Positions 26,687 through 36,111 of a stretch of DNA of 42,137 nucleotides are shown piece by piece. Source of the stretch: Spirochaetaceae bacterium (lineage in GTDB: Bacteria; Spirochaetota; Spirochaetia; UBA9216); the NCBI GenBank assembly GCA_028527945.1, contig JAQQAK010000197.1, positions 1-42,137 of the forward strand, written 5' to 3'. Positions within the stretch are counted from its first letter, which is position 1, and the number at the start of each line of letters is the position of its first letter. The notes under the pieces were generated by a model. It saw nothing but the letters and a program-made list of their open reading frames with translations. It had not been told where the DNA came from and ran no database searches. A program made the translations under genes and the position numbers.

Positions 26687-26977
26687 ATGTTTCAGTTCAC
26701 ACAACAAATCAAGGCCTTGCAGAACTCTATTGGCAAGATTGGGTTTCCAAATATGTACAAGAGTGATTTTCTTGAAATCCTCTGGCTTTTAAAGCGTGAG
26801 GTGATCCATGACAGACGAATAAACCGCGCCCTTGAGTTACTTCAAAGCAGGCGGCTTCCTGATGGCACATGGAAGATTGAACGAAGACAGGGCAAACTGA
26901 TTGTTCCGTTTTCTCCCCAAAAGTATGCTAATGTCTTAGTAACAGGCAGGGGGCTGGAGGTTCTGGGAGTGTTATAA
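26687..26977 (+). pseudogene. C-terminal remnant of a prenyltransferase/squalene-oxidase-repeat (alpha/alpha-toroid)-like protein
   Basis: The 96-aa ORF contains a repeat-like segment (DFLEILWLLK...RALELLQSRRLPDGTWKIE) typical of that fold. Only about 210 nt of stop-rich DNA lies upstream, so a full-length gene cannot fit. Confidence 0.3.
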
Positions 26978-27036
26978 AATAACACCTCCAAGTGGGGAAA
27001 AATCTCCGGATTACTCAGGGGATTTTTATCAAGTTT

Positions 27037-28059
27037 TTAGTAGTTATCTTCTTCCGCGATGCTTTCTGAGACATTTGCTGATTCAAATGATGCCATCTCC
27101 TGAGCTATTCGAACTCCAAGCTCAATCATAAATCCGCCAATTACAGCTCCTGTTCCTTCGCCAAGTCTCATGTCGAGATCCGCTATTGGCTTAAGCCCCA
27201 TCTTTTTAAGGATTATGTCATGTCCCTTCACCTTTGAGCGGTGTCCAGCAAAGAGGAAGTCTGTAACACTGTTATCAATCAGCCAGGCCATATAGGTTCC
27301 GGCAGTTACGGGAAAGCCGTCTATTATGCAGCCTATCCCTTTTTCTCTGAGTCCAAGAATGAAACCTGCCATCGTACATTGTTCAAAACCGCCAACCTTG
27401 CGCATTACATCCATTGGATCAGAAAAAGGAGAGTGCCTTTTTACAGAATCCTTTATTACTCGTTTTTTTGTTAAAAGCATATCATCGGTAATACCTGTTC
27501 CCTTATCAACGATGGAATCAAAATCAAGTCCTCCGGCAATGACCATTGCCGCAGCTGTTGTTGTGTTACTTATGCCAAGATCCCCTAACGCTACAAGCTG
27601 GTAGCCATCATTGTATGCCTGTTCTGCGAGTTTTTTTCCATTCTCGATACATTTTTCAAGTTGACTCTGGCTCATAGCCTCTTCTTTCAGAAAATTGTTT
27701 GTTCCATTTCCGGCTCTGCATTTGATTACAGTTTCAGAATTGGTGTCTACAGCTATTCCTGTATCGACGTTGAAAACATCAAAACCACAGTGCTTTGCAA
27801 GTACATTTATGCCAGCTCCACCATTTATAAGGTTACGCAGCATTTGCTCTGTCACTTCCTGCGGATACATTGATACTCCTTCCGCATTTATACCGTGATC
27901 TCCGGCAAAAACATAGCATGCCTTTTTTTCAAGGCGGGGAGGGGCCTTGCCCTGAATTTCCGCAAGTTTCAGGCTAAGTTCCTCAAGCCTGCCAAGGCTC
28001 CCTATAGGTTTTGTAAGGTTATCCAGATGTTGCTGCATTTTCTCTTTAATTGAATCCAT
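27037..28059 (-). CDS. cobT: Nicotinate-nucleotide--dimethylbenzimidazole phosphoribosyltransferase
   Basis: It carries the motifs LTKPIGSLGRLEEL, FAGDHGI and GGAGINVLA. Length is 340 aa. It lies in an operon with cobC/S/U. Confidence 0.9.
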   Translation of the reverse strand: MDSIKEKMQQHLDNLTKPIGSLGRLEELSLKLAEIQGKAPPRLEKKACYVFAGDHGINAEGVSMYPQEVTEQMLRNLINGGAGINVLAKHCGFDVFNVDTGIAVDTNSETVIKCRAGNGTNNFLKEEAMSQSQLEKCIENGKKLAEQAYNDGYQLVALGDLGISNTTTAAAMVIAGGLDFDSIVDKGTGITDDMLLTKKRVIKDSVKRHSPFSDPMDVMRKVGGFEQCTMAGFILGLREKGIGCIIDGFPVTAGTYMAWLIDNSVTDFLFAGHRSKVKGHDIILKKMGLKPIADLDMRLGEGTGAVIGGFMIELGVRIAQEMASFESANVSESIAEEDNY

Positions 28060-28660
28060 GTTCTGCTCCCTTGATGTTGATTCCTTTTATCAGTACTTCT
28101 TGATCATCAAAAATATTTATACGGCAAAAACTACCCTTGTCTATTTGAAAGAGCCAGTGCCCTTCTATTCCAGTTTTTGAAAGCTGTGAAAGAATACACC
28201 TGATTGGCCCTCCGTGAGAAACTATCAAATAGCGGCCGTCTTTTCCATTACAAACAATGTTTTTCATAAACACCTCAATTCGCTTATTCAGCTGTGCAAG
28301 ACTTTCTCCTTCCGGCGGTTTATAGCTTTCTGGAGCAGAATACCATAGTGTTAAACGCTCCTTGTCAGTTTTGTTTATTTCATCATATGTCTTACCTTCC
28401 CATTCACCAAAATTAAGTTCTTTGAGATCTTCACATATGATGGGTTTTGGAGTTTCCTCCATTTTTAGAAATGGCTCAATACTTTGTAAACAGCGAAGCA
28501 TTGGACTTGTGAATATAAAATCTGGTTTAAAATCTCTTAGGGCTGAAACAAGCTGTTCTGCCTCTTTTTTTCCCGAGCTGGACAGTGGGACATCACTGCC
28601 TCCTCCAATGTATCCTTTTTTATCGTGTTCACCATGTCTTAGTAAGAGTAGATCCTTCAT
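28046..28660 (-). CDS. cobC: Alpha-ribazole phosphatase (histidine phosphatase family)
   Basis: The N-terminal RHG motif (LLLRHGE) and the SHGG motif are present. The specific assignment rests on its position between cobS and cobT. Confidence 0.75.
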   Translation of the reverse strand: MKDLLLLRHGEHDKKGYIGGGSDVPLSSSGKKEAEQLVSALRDFKPDFIFTSPMLRCLQSIEPFLKMEETPKPIICEDLKELNFGEWEGKTYDEINKTDKERLTLWYSAPESYKPPEGESLAQLNKRIEVFMKNIVCNGKDGRYLIVSHGGPIRCILSQLSKTGIEGHWLFQIDKGSFCRINIFDDQEVLIKGINIKGAEHGFN

Positions 28661-28666
28661 TGTTGT

Positions 28667-29407
28667 CTATAATATTACCATAATGCAGAGATAGGCTATC
28701 ATTAAGAATAATTCACTTAATTCAATAACTGCTCCGTATACATCTCCGGTAAGGCCGCCAAGTTTTTTTGATATAACACCAGAGAATAATAAGGCCAGCA
28801 GGCTTGAAATTGCTCCGGCTAATACAGCGTTGAGTCCAAGTAAAAGATAGGCTGCGGCAAAGCTGAATATTCCACCTGCTAAAGGCTGATACCAACCGCA
28901 GTATTTTTTGAAAAAACTGCCAAGGCCGTCTTTTCGCGCGGACGGAAATATTAAAATAGAAAGAAGCACATTCCATCTGGCAAACATTGGAATAATCAGA
29001 AAAATCAACCAGGCATTTGCTTGTATTAGATCAAGCGATAGTCTCCATTTCAGAAACAGATGAAGAATAAGGCTTATAACACCAAAGGCGCCTATCCGGC
29101 TGTCTTTCATAATTTCAAGTGTCTGTTCTCTGTTGCGGCCTCCACCAAGTCCGTCTACAAGGTCTGAAAGTCCGTCAAGGTGCAGTCCTCCGGTGAGCAA
29201 AGCCCAGAATGATATTAGAAAGACTGCTGTCGTCGCTGGATTAAAGACAAGACCTACTATTTTCAGGATTAGAAATAGAAGTCCGCCTATTATCAACCCC
29301 ACTAGCGGATAGAATATCGTTGAGCCAGCAACCTTCTTCATGTCCTCATCTGCTTTGTATGGAATAGGTATGATTGTTAAAAATCTTATTGCGTATAATA
29401 GTTTCAT
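28667..29407 (-). CDS. cobS: Adenosylcobinamide-GDP ribazoletransferase (cobalamin synthase)
   Basis: It is a 246-aa polytopic membrane protein with the N-terminus AIRFLTIIPIP and the DGLSDL motif typical of CobS. Confidence 0.88.
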   Translation of the reverse strand: MKLLYAIRFLTIIPIPYKADEDMKKVAGSTIFYPLVGLIIGGLLFLILKIVGLVFNPATTAVFLISFWALLTGGLHLDGLSDLVDGLGGGRNREQTLEIMKDSRIGAFGVISLILHLFLKWRLSLDLIQANAWLIFLIIPMFARWNVLLSILIFPSARKDGLGSFFKKYCGWYQPLAGGIFSFAAAYLLLGLNAVLAGAISSLLALLFSGVISKKLGGLTGDVYGAVIELSELFLMIAYLCIMVIL

Positions 29408-29955
29408 TTTAGCCTCTGCGGAATACCGGCTGTAAGTAGATATACTTCATCAGCTTCTCTTGCAAGCATCTGGTGGTTTATTCCTGCTATATCCTGAAAG
29501 AGTCCGCCAAGGGCAGTCGGGGCAATCAGCCCCACCTCAACATGATTTGAAATGATAAAGAGTGTGGAGTTCACGCCTTTTGCTGCTGAAATGACGGCGT
29601 TGGTTTCTCTGCTAACCGCATCCATGGCAGCGATCCTTTCCGGATTTTCTCCAAGTTCCATTATTATATTTGTAGCGAGCATTGTGAAACAGTCTAGGAT
29701 TGCAGCTGCTTTGTTCATTGCGGCTTTTGTGAGTATTTCTGAAACATTAAGAGGCTCCTCCCATGTTTCCCATTTGTTGGGTCTTGATTCTTTATGCCTT
29801 TTAATCCTGTCCTTCATTCCCTGATCAAGCGCTCTTGCTGTCGCAATATAGGAGATATTTTTACCAGTGAGTCTTGCCAGCTTTGAGGCTTCATTTTGAG
29901 CAAAGCTTGTTTTGCCGCTCTTTGTTCCCCCCAGAACAAGTATTATTTTTCCCAT
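29404..29955 (-). CDS. cobU: Bifunctional adenosylcobinamide kinase / adenosylcobinamide-phosphate guanylyltransferase
   Basis: The 183-aa protein has P-loop GGTKSGKTS. It overlaps cobS by 4 nt. Confidence 0.85.
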   Translation of the reverse strand: MGKIILVLGGTKSGKTSFAQNEASKLARLTGKNISYIATARALDQGMKDRIKRHKESRPNKWETWEEPLNVSEILTKAAMNKAAAILDCFTMLATNIIMELGENPERIAAMDAVSRETNAVISAAKGVNSTLFIISNHVEVGLIAPTALGGLFQDIAGINHQMLAREADEVYLLTAGIPQRLK

Positions 29956-31025
29956 AAACTCTCCCTTGACAGCTCTTTCAGAAGAGCATGATTATTTTTC
30001 CGTGTTGAAACGCCAATTCTAAGATATCCAGGAAGCCCGAAAGAGTCGCAGTCTCTCACCAGTATTTTCGTCTTCCAAAGTATTTTGCGAAAGTGTCTAG
30101 GATTAATTCCTCCATGCGTTTCATCGTTCACAAGAATAAAATTGGCAGATGACGGAAAAACCTTGTAGCCAAGATCGGTAAGTCTTTTTGACAAATTCAG
30201 TTTTTCTTTACGAATCTTTTCCCACTGCCTTTCATATCTTTGTATGTTTTCAAGAGCGGCCTTCCCCGCAGCGATAGCTGTACTGTTCAGACTCCATGGC
30301 GGTTGTATTTTCTTGAGCTCATTTATAATTCTGACAGAGCCTGTAAGATAGCCAAGCCTTAGGCCGGGAATGGAGAAATCCTTTGTCATTGAGTGCAGAC
30401 ATATAAGACTATTGCCTGAGAAACTGAAACGTTCTTTTTGGGGTACAAAGTTCATATATGCTTGATCCACAACCAGAATGCTTCCACTTTTTTCGCAGGC
30501 ATCATGAATGAGCTTCGTGCTCTCTTTATTCAAAAGTGTTCCTGTTGGATTATTAGGATTACAGATCCAAATTATTGAGTAAGGTTTCTGAATAATGGTT
30601 TTTTGTAATTTTTCAATATCAGGGCAGAAATTGCTTTTAGCACTAGAGTTTAACCGGATAATTTCCATTCCGGCCGCTTTGGAGCCTTTTTCATATTCAC
30701 TGTATGTCGGTCCTATTATAATGGATTTTTTATAATGGCTTGAAAGGGTTTGGCAGAGTAGAAATATTCCTTGGCTTATACCGTTAACGGCTAATATCTG
30801 ATTAATATTTTTATCTTGATGTCTGGCAATTTCTGATACAAGAAGTCCTGCTTTGCTGTCTGGATAGCGGCTGTAGTCTGCTTTTTTTATTGCCAATTTT
30901 ACCTCCCTCGGTAAGGGGTAGGGGTTAACACATACAGAGAAGTCTTTTACAGAATTAATATCTATGCCGCTTTTAGCCAAGGCCTCATAATCAAGGCCTC
31001 CATGCAGTTGTTTATACGAAGGCAT
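29943..31025 (-). CDS. cobD: Threonine-phosphate decarboxylase (class I/II aminotransferase fold)
   Basis: The N-terminal HGG motif is present. The PLP-lysine motif is SMTKDFSIPGLRLGY. It sits between cbiB and cobU. Confidence 0.8.
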   Translation of the reverse strand: MPSYKQLHGGLDYEALAKSGIDINSVKDFSVCVNPYPLPREVKLAIKKADYSRYPDSKAGLLVSEIARHQDKNINQILAVNGISQGIFLLCQTLSSHYKKSIIIGPTYSEYEKGSKAAGMEIIRLNSSAKSNFCPDIEKLQKTIIQKPYSIIWICNPNNPTGTLLNKESTKLIHDACEKSGSILVVDQAYMNFVPQKERFSFSGNSLICLHSMTKDFSIPGLRLGYLTGSVRIINELKKIQPPWSLNSTAIAAGKAALENIQRYERQWEKIRKEKLNLSKRLTDLGYKVFPSSANFILVNDETHGGINPRHFRKILWKTKILVRDCDSFGLPGYLRIGVSTRKNNHALLKELSRESLWEK

Positions 31026-31932
31026 GAAGTAGGCCTCCTATAAGGATAATTAGTACAATAATTATAATGGCAGCTGCCCGTGATTTTCTCACGCATAGCC
31101 TAATATCTTTTTCTGATGGAAGTCTTCCGTCTGTGTTAAGGATATAATAATCAACCTTCTCAAGACGTACATCAAGAACAGCCGCCATAGCGGACATGCT
31201 CCAACCAGAATTTGGGCTTGGTGTAGCTTTTTGCCATTTTCTTGTATTGTTCATCACCCTGAAAATATTTCCTGAGGGAAGTGCTGTCAGTATTATGGCA
31301 AGAGCTGTCAATCTTGCGGGAACAAAATTTAGAACATCATCCAGACGGGCGGCGAACTTTCCTCCCCACTCATAATCATCTTTTCTGTAACCAATCATAG
31401 CATCGCATGTATTTATGTATCGGTATCCCCATGCTGACGGCAGACCCATAAGGGTGTAATAGAGCAAGGGGGAAGTCAAGCTATCTGTGAGATTTTCTGA
31501 TACAGACCCAATTACCGCCGCGGAGATTTTCTCTTCATCCAGCTCTTCTGTCGGGCGGCTTACCAGATGGAAGGATGTAAGTCTGCGTGCTTCTTTAATA
31601 TTACCTTCTTCAAGGCTTTTCTCAATAAGTTTCGCGGCTCTAAATAGATTTTTTAGCGAGAATGATATCTTCAAAAGCATGGCCTGAACAATGGTATAAA
31701 CAATAAACGGAAGAAGTCTTGTCAAAAGAAGCGGAATTGAAAATATAATCATCCCTGAAAGACTTATGAAAATGCCGTAAAAAAAGAGTTTTGACGCTCC
31801 GGTTTTTGGTCGCTTTCCCCATAGTTTTTTAATGTAACTCCCCATCCATACAACAGTGTGAAGCTTGTTAGGCGGATCGCCAAAGACAAGATCCATAATA
31901 AGAGCCAGGACTATTATCATGCCGCATATCAT
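31012..31932 (-). CDS. cbiB: Adenosylcobinamide-phosphate synthase
   Basis: It is a membrane protein with the N-terminal motif DLVFGDPPNKLHTVVWMG typical of CbiB/CobD. It is the first gene of the cob run. Confidence 0.85.
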   Translation of the reverse strand: MICGMIIVLALIMDLVFGDPPNKLHTVVWMGSYIKKLWGKRPKTGASKLFFYGIFISLSGMIIFSIPLLLTRLLPFIVYTIVQAMLLKISFSLKNLFRAAKLIEKSLEEGNIKEARRLTSFHLVSRPTEELDEEKISAAVIGSVSENLTDSLTSPLLYYTLMGLPSAWGYRYINTCDAMIGYRKDDYEWGGKFAARLDDVLNFVPARLTALAIILTALPSGNIFRVMNNTRKWQKATPSPNSGWSMSAMAAVLDVRLEKVDYYILNTDGRLPSEKDIRLCVRKSRAAAIIIIVLIILIGGLLHAFV

Positions 31933-32186
31933 AGGCCAATAATCCTGTTTGAGAGTCTCATGTTTATGTTCTCTTCAACCGTGTTAACCAAAAGAGAGAG
32001 TTTTTCCTCTGTCTTTTCGTTGAGGCTTTTTCTAAATTTTGTATGAATCTCTTTAATTACTAATGTTTGTGACACTGTATAAGATTATAATTCAATAGCA
32101 TTTTGCTCAATTATATCTCTGTAAAAAATATGATTTCTTGAAACAAAATGCTTTGAGAAGTTATAATCACACAACAAGAGGGAGTA

Positions 32187-32435
32187 ATGAAAAATAACTA
32201 CAGATTTTTTGCGAACATAGATTGTGAATATTACCCCTGTCACAAGGGAATAGAGGAGCTTAACTGTCTTTTTTGTTACTGCCCACTTTATCCATTTATG
32301 GATTGCGGTGGGAATTACAGCCTGACTAAAGAGGGAATAAAGGATTGTTCCAACTGCATAAAACCTCATATTCCTGAAAACTACGATCTTATTATGAATG
32401 AATTGAGAAAAAGGTTGAGCAGAAAGGCTCAATGA
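32187..32435 (+). CDS. Cysteine-rich small domain protein (zf-like, PF04071-type)
   Basis: The 82-aa protein has the dense Cys/His pattern CEYYPCH...CLFCYCPLY...C...CSNC. AGAGGGAG lies upstream. It is divergent from the cob operon. Confidence 0.65.
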   Translation: MKNNYRFFANIDCEYYPCHKGIEELNCLFCYCPLYPFMDCGGNYSLTKEGIKDCSNCIKPHIPENYDLIMNELRKRLSRKAQ

Positions 32436-32510
32436 AATACCTTTCCTAAGAAAATTATCTAAAACAATAATTGACTAGTCAGTCACCCTTAATGTATATT
32501 CTAAGTATAA

Positions 32511-33074
32511 ATGAGCGATAAAATAGAACTGATACAGAACAGTGCTTTCAGACTCTTTACCATCCGGGGATTTCACAACACACCAACAAGCCTTATTGCA
32601 AAGGAGGCTGGTGTTGCTAATGGTACCTTGTTTAATTATTTCAAGACCAAGGATGTATTGATTAATCATTTGTATCTTACATGTAAAAGTTCACTTATCG
32701 CAGCAATTCAGAAAGATTCAGATCCTGAAAAGGATATAAAAGAGCAGATGCGTGTTATATGGGAAAACTGCATAGGCTGGGCAGAAGAATACCCTGAGCA
32801 ATATCAATTCTTTAAACAATATAGTAATTCTCCTTTTATTCAGAATGAAACAAAAGAGGAGGGACGGCAGAAATTTACCCCCTTTATGCTCCTTCTTGAA
32901 AAGGGAGTCAGTGATGGCGTATTAAAAAAAATGTCTGCAGAGTTTATATCGGCTGTTATGATAGGAATTGCTTCTGCAACAATTGAATGTTTAAAGAGTA
33001 ATTTAGAAGCAAAAGATAATCAAAGCTTTATAGAAGACGCCTTTTTAATGTTATGGGACAGTATAAAGGCATAA
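32511..33074 (+). CDS. TetR/AcrR-family transcriptional regulator
   Basis: The N-terminal HTH is FTIRGFHNTPTSLIAKEAGVANGTLFNYFKTKD. Length is 187 aa. Confidence 0.88.
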   Translation: MSDKIELIQNSAFRLFTIRGFHNTPTSLIAKEAGVANGTLFNYFKTKDVLINHLYLTCKSSLIAAIQKDSDPEKDIKEQMRVIWENCIGWAEEYPEQYQFFKQYSNSPFIQNETKEEGRQKFTPFMLLLEKGVSDGVLKKMSAEFISAVMIGIASATIECLKSNLEAKDNQSFIEDAFLMLWDSIKA

Positions 33075-33121
33075 TTTTTAAAAACAAGATGACTGACCAG
33101 GCAGTCATTGAGGAGAAAAAA

Positions 33122-34330
33122 ATGCAATATAGAACAATGGAAAGTACAGGAGACAGTCTCTCAGCCCTTGGCTTTGGCTGTATGAGACTTGCTCAAAAAA
33201 ATGGGCGAATTGATGAAGAAAGGGCGGAAAAACAAATATGCATGGCAATAGAGCAGGGAATAAATTACATAGACACAGCGTGGCCATATCATGGCGGAAA
33301 GAGTGAGCCTTTTATTGGCAATGTTTTAAGTAAAAATGGTTTGCGCGACAAGGTTAAGCTTGCCACAAAACTGCCAACCTGGCTGTGTCACACCAGAGAA
33401 CAGATGGATGATTTTTTGAACAAACAGCTTCAGCTGTTAAAAACCGATCATATTGATTATTATCTGCTGCATACCCTGGATGGTCCGGCATGGCAGCGGA
33501 TAAAGGAGCTTGGCGCTATAGATTTTCTTGAACAGGCAGTAAAAGACGGCAAGATAATCAACAAAGGTTTTTCATTTCATGGCGCTCGGGATGATTTTAG
33601 AACAATATGTGATGAGAATGACTGGAAGTTCTGTCAAATTCAGTACAACATTCTTGATGAGCACAATCAGGCTGGGCGTGAAGGGCTTGAATACGCTGCG
33701 TCAAAGGGGCTTGGGGTTATTATAATGGAACCTCTCCGGGGAGGCATTCTTGCCGGAAAGTTGCCTGAGCAAGTCAGAAAGGTTTATACAGAATATGACA
33801 GCAAAAGAACCAACGCTGATTGGGCTCTAAGCTGGGTATGGAACCATCCTGAGGTAACCGTGCTTCTTTCTGGCATGAATCAGGAGGAGCAAATAGCTGA
33901 AAATATGGCAACAGCAGAAAAGGCTTTGCCTAACTCTTTATCTACAGAAGAAAAGGATGTTTTAAAACATGCTGGAGAAGCCTTTCACAAGCAGCTTAAA
34001 ATTGGTTGCACAGGATGTCAGTATTGTTTACCATGTCCTGCCGGAGTTGATATTCCCCGCGCGTTTTCTTTTTATAACGCGCATCATATGTTTAAAGATA
34101 AGTTAACCCCATGGGGAATGTATCTTATTCAGCTGAGCAGTCGTGGAGACGGAAAATCCGCCCTCGCGAGTCAGTGCATAGGCTGTGGGAAATGTATGAA
34201 GCACTGCCCTCAGGGAATAAAGATTCCAGAAGAACTGAAAAAGGTTAAACGCCGTTTTGAAGGCCCAATGGGAAGTGTAATTCACTTTCTTGCAAACAGA
34301 ATGATGGTTGTGAAAAAAGATCTGGATTAA
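33122..34330 (+). CDS. Aldo/keto reductase fused to a C-terminal 4Fe-4S ferredoxin-type domain
   Basis: The AKR N-terminal region (LGFGCMRL, IDTAWPYHGG, DYYLLH) is followed by two Cys clusters (CTGCQYCLPCP and CIGCGKCMKHCP). I chose the ATG at 33122, preceded by GAGGAG. Confidence 0.85.
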   Translation: MQYRTMESTGDSLSALGFGCMRLAQKNGRIDEERAEKQICMAIEQGINYIDTAWPYHGGKSEPFIGNVLSKNGLRDKVKLATKLPTWLCHTREQMDDFLNKQLQLLKTDHIDYYLLHTLDGPAWQRIKELGAIDFLEQAVKDGKIINKGFSFHGARDDFRTICDENDWKFCQIQYNILDEHNQAGREGLEYAASKGLGVIIMEPLRGGILAGKLPEQVRKVYTEYDSKRTNADWALSWVWNHPEVTVLLSGMNQEEQIAENMATAEKALPNSLSTEEKDVLKHAGEAFHKQLKIGCTGCQYCLPCPAGVDIPRAFSFYNAHHMFKDKLTPWGMYLIQLSSRGDGKSALASQCIGCGKCMKHCPQGIKIPEELKKVKRRFEGPMGSVIHFLANRMMVVKKDLD

Positions 34331-34457
34331 AAAACAATCCTTTCTGGTAAATTAAGGTTGGAGTTTCACTCTCTATAGGACTTGAAAATCTTTAAGCTTA
34401 GAAATTCCAACTAAATATTTATTTTTCATCAGTCTTGTTTTTTGCTATAATCTTTTT

Positions 34458-35132
34458 ATGTTAAAAAAAATATTGCTTTGTTTTTTTTTATATTTTAATT
34501 GTTTATTACCTGTTTTTACCCAGAATATAAACTTTATAGAGTCCACTTTTTCTTCTGCATTTTCAGCGGTTCCAGAAATATATACATATCATGAAAAATC
34601 TGGAGCTTTATGTTTTTATCAGTATAAAGACTATAGTTATAAAATAATTGATAATGAAAATGGGCCTCTTTGGTTTGTCACATATTCAAGTCCTCAGAAT
34701 CAAAAAGCCTCAGAGACAGACCCAAGACCTCCTGTTCATGAGGGAGATACCGGCCATTTCTGTATGGAGGAGCTCCTTAAGTTTATAAATATTTTTTCAG
34801 ACAAGTCTTGCAATATTATTTATTCAGGAATGAAAATAATTGAAAATTCAGAATATTCAGTCTTCGATGTTAGCTATTGTTATATTGATGAAAATGGAAA
34901 AAACTGGCCAATGAAAGGTGAGCTTTTTTTAGATTTGTCATCCGGTATTCCTGTAAAACTAACTGTAGAACAGACAAAGTTTCCAGAAGATCTGTATTCA
35001 TTAAATGCTTCAGCTATTTTTGCTTTTGACTCTTATGGAAATTGCAGATTCTTGGAATACCGGGAGTCTTATACTGGTCAGTACAGCATCTTCATATATC
35101 GTTTTGAATCTGTAAGAAGCTTTGAATATTGA
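34458..35132 (+). CDS. Hypothetical secreted protein
   Basis: It is a clean 224-aa ORF with an N-terminal hydrophobic signal sequence. I recognise no family. Confidence 0.45.
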   Translation: MLKKILLCFFLYFNCLLPVFTQNINFIESTFSSAFSAVPEIYTYHEKSGALCFYQYKDYSYKIIDNENGPLWFVTYSSPQNQKASETDPRPPVHEGDTGHFCMEELLKFINIFSDKSCNIIYSGMKIIENSEYSVFDVSYCYIDENGKNWPMKGELFLDLSSGIPVKLTVEQTKFPEDLYSLNASAIFAFDSYGNCRFLEYRESYTGQYSIFIYRFESVRSFEY

Positions 35133-35193
35133 AAGCCTGTAACAATATTTTAATTGAGGGGCTTTCGAATCTCGATTAGTTTTGAAAAAAAAC

Positions 35194-36084
35194 TCAATTA
35201 ACCAATATTTTTTCCTGTTTTCGTTGTGACACAATCACACCAGTAAGAATCATAATTAGTCCTGCAATTCTTGATAGTGTAATTCTTTCATGCAGGATGA
35301 TTGCTGAAAGGCTTATTGTTATAAATGGAACCAGATAAATAAACTGGCTGGTTCTTATTGCCCCAATTTGTCTTATTGCTACAGCCCATGTTACAAAGCA
35401 AAGTCCAGATGCCAATACTCCCAAAAATAAAAAATGTCCAAGGTTGTATAGCCTTATAACCATGCCTGGATTCGGAATATTTTTTGTTATTAATGCTGTT
35501 ATAACAATAAATATCCATCCATAGAAAACTGTTTTTCTTGTTAGAGTGAGAGGATGGGTATTGCTGTTAACACTTCTTAGAAGAAGGGTATAAAGTGAAA
35601 AGATTATTGCGGCCAAAAGAGCTGTAAGATCACCCTTCAATGAAAGGCTTACAAGATCTCCATTTGATATAAACATTATCAAGAGCCCGCCAAATGATAA
35701 AATAAATGCTGCAATGTATTTTACTGAGAACTTTTCTGACTTAAAAAAGATGGGCGCCAGTATAACTGTAAAAAGTGGAATTGTTGTTACAATAACTGAG
35801 ACATTTGAAGCATAGGTGTACTTTGCTGCCAGATTTTCAAGAAAGTAATATAAAAACATTCCAAGAAATCCACAACCAAGTAGTTTTAGCTCTTCTTTGA
35901 GTATTGGCTTATTAGGCTTTGGTGGAGATAATATTAAAAGAACAATTAACCCGATAGTAAAGCGAACTAATGAGATCTGCATTGGAGAAAAACTTTTTAA
36001 GAGTATTTTTGTTGATATATAGGTTGTACTCCAAACCAGTATTGTAAAAATAGCGGCAATATAGCCTGTTTTTGTCTTATTCAT
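35194..36084 (-). CDS. DMT superfamily (EamA-like) transporter
   Basis: The ~296-aa protein has about ten hydrophobic spans in two similar halves, typical of EamA proteins. Confidence 0.8.
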   Translation of the reverse strand: MNKTKTGYIAAIFTILVWSTTYISTKILLKSFSPMQISLVRFTIGLIVLLILSPPKPNKPILKEELKLLGCGFLGMFLYYFLENLAAKYTYASNVSVIVTTIPLFTVILAPIFFKSEKFSVKYIAAFILSFGGLLIMFISNGDLVSLSLKGDLTALLAAIIFSLYTLLLRSVNSNTHPLTLTRKTVFYGWIFIVITALITKNIPNPGMVIRLYNLGHFLFLGVLASGLCFVTWAVAIRQIGAIRTSQFIYLVPFITISLSAIILHERITLSRIAGLIMILTGVIVSQRKQEKILVN

Positions 36085-36111
36085 AGTATCAAGTATTTTA
36101 GACTAAAAGAT

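Noticed and set aside
31933-32186. Cobalamin riboswitch upstream of cbiB
   Set aside because: I read the minus-strand leader and found none of the conserved core or B12-box sequences. I cannot exclude a divergent variant without a covariance-model scan.
32085-32432. A 115-aa minus-strand ORF overlapping the Cys-rich small-domain gene
   Set aside because: The + strand ORF has the recognisable Cys/His domain pattern and an SD. The minus ORF is hydrophobic or low-complexity with no signals.
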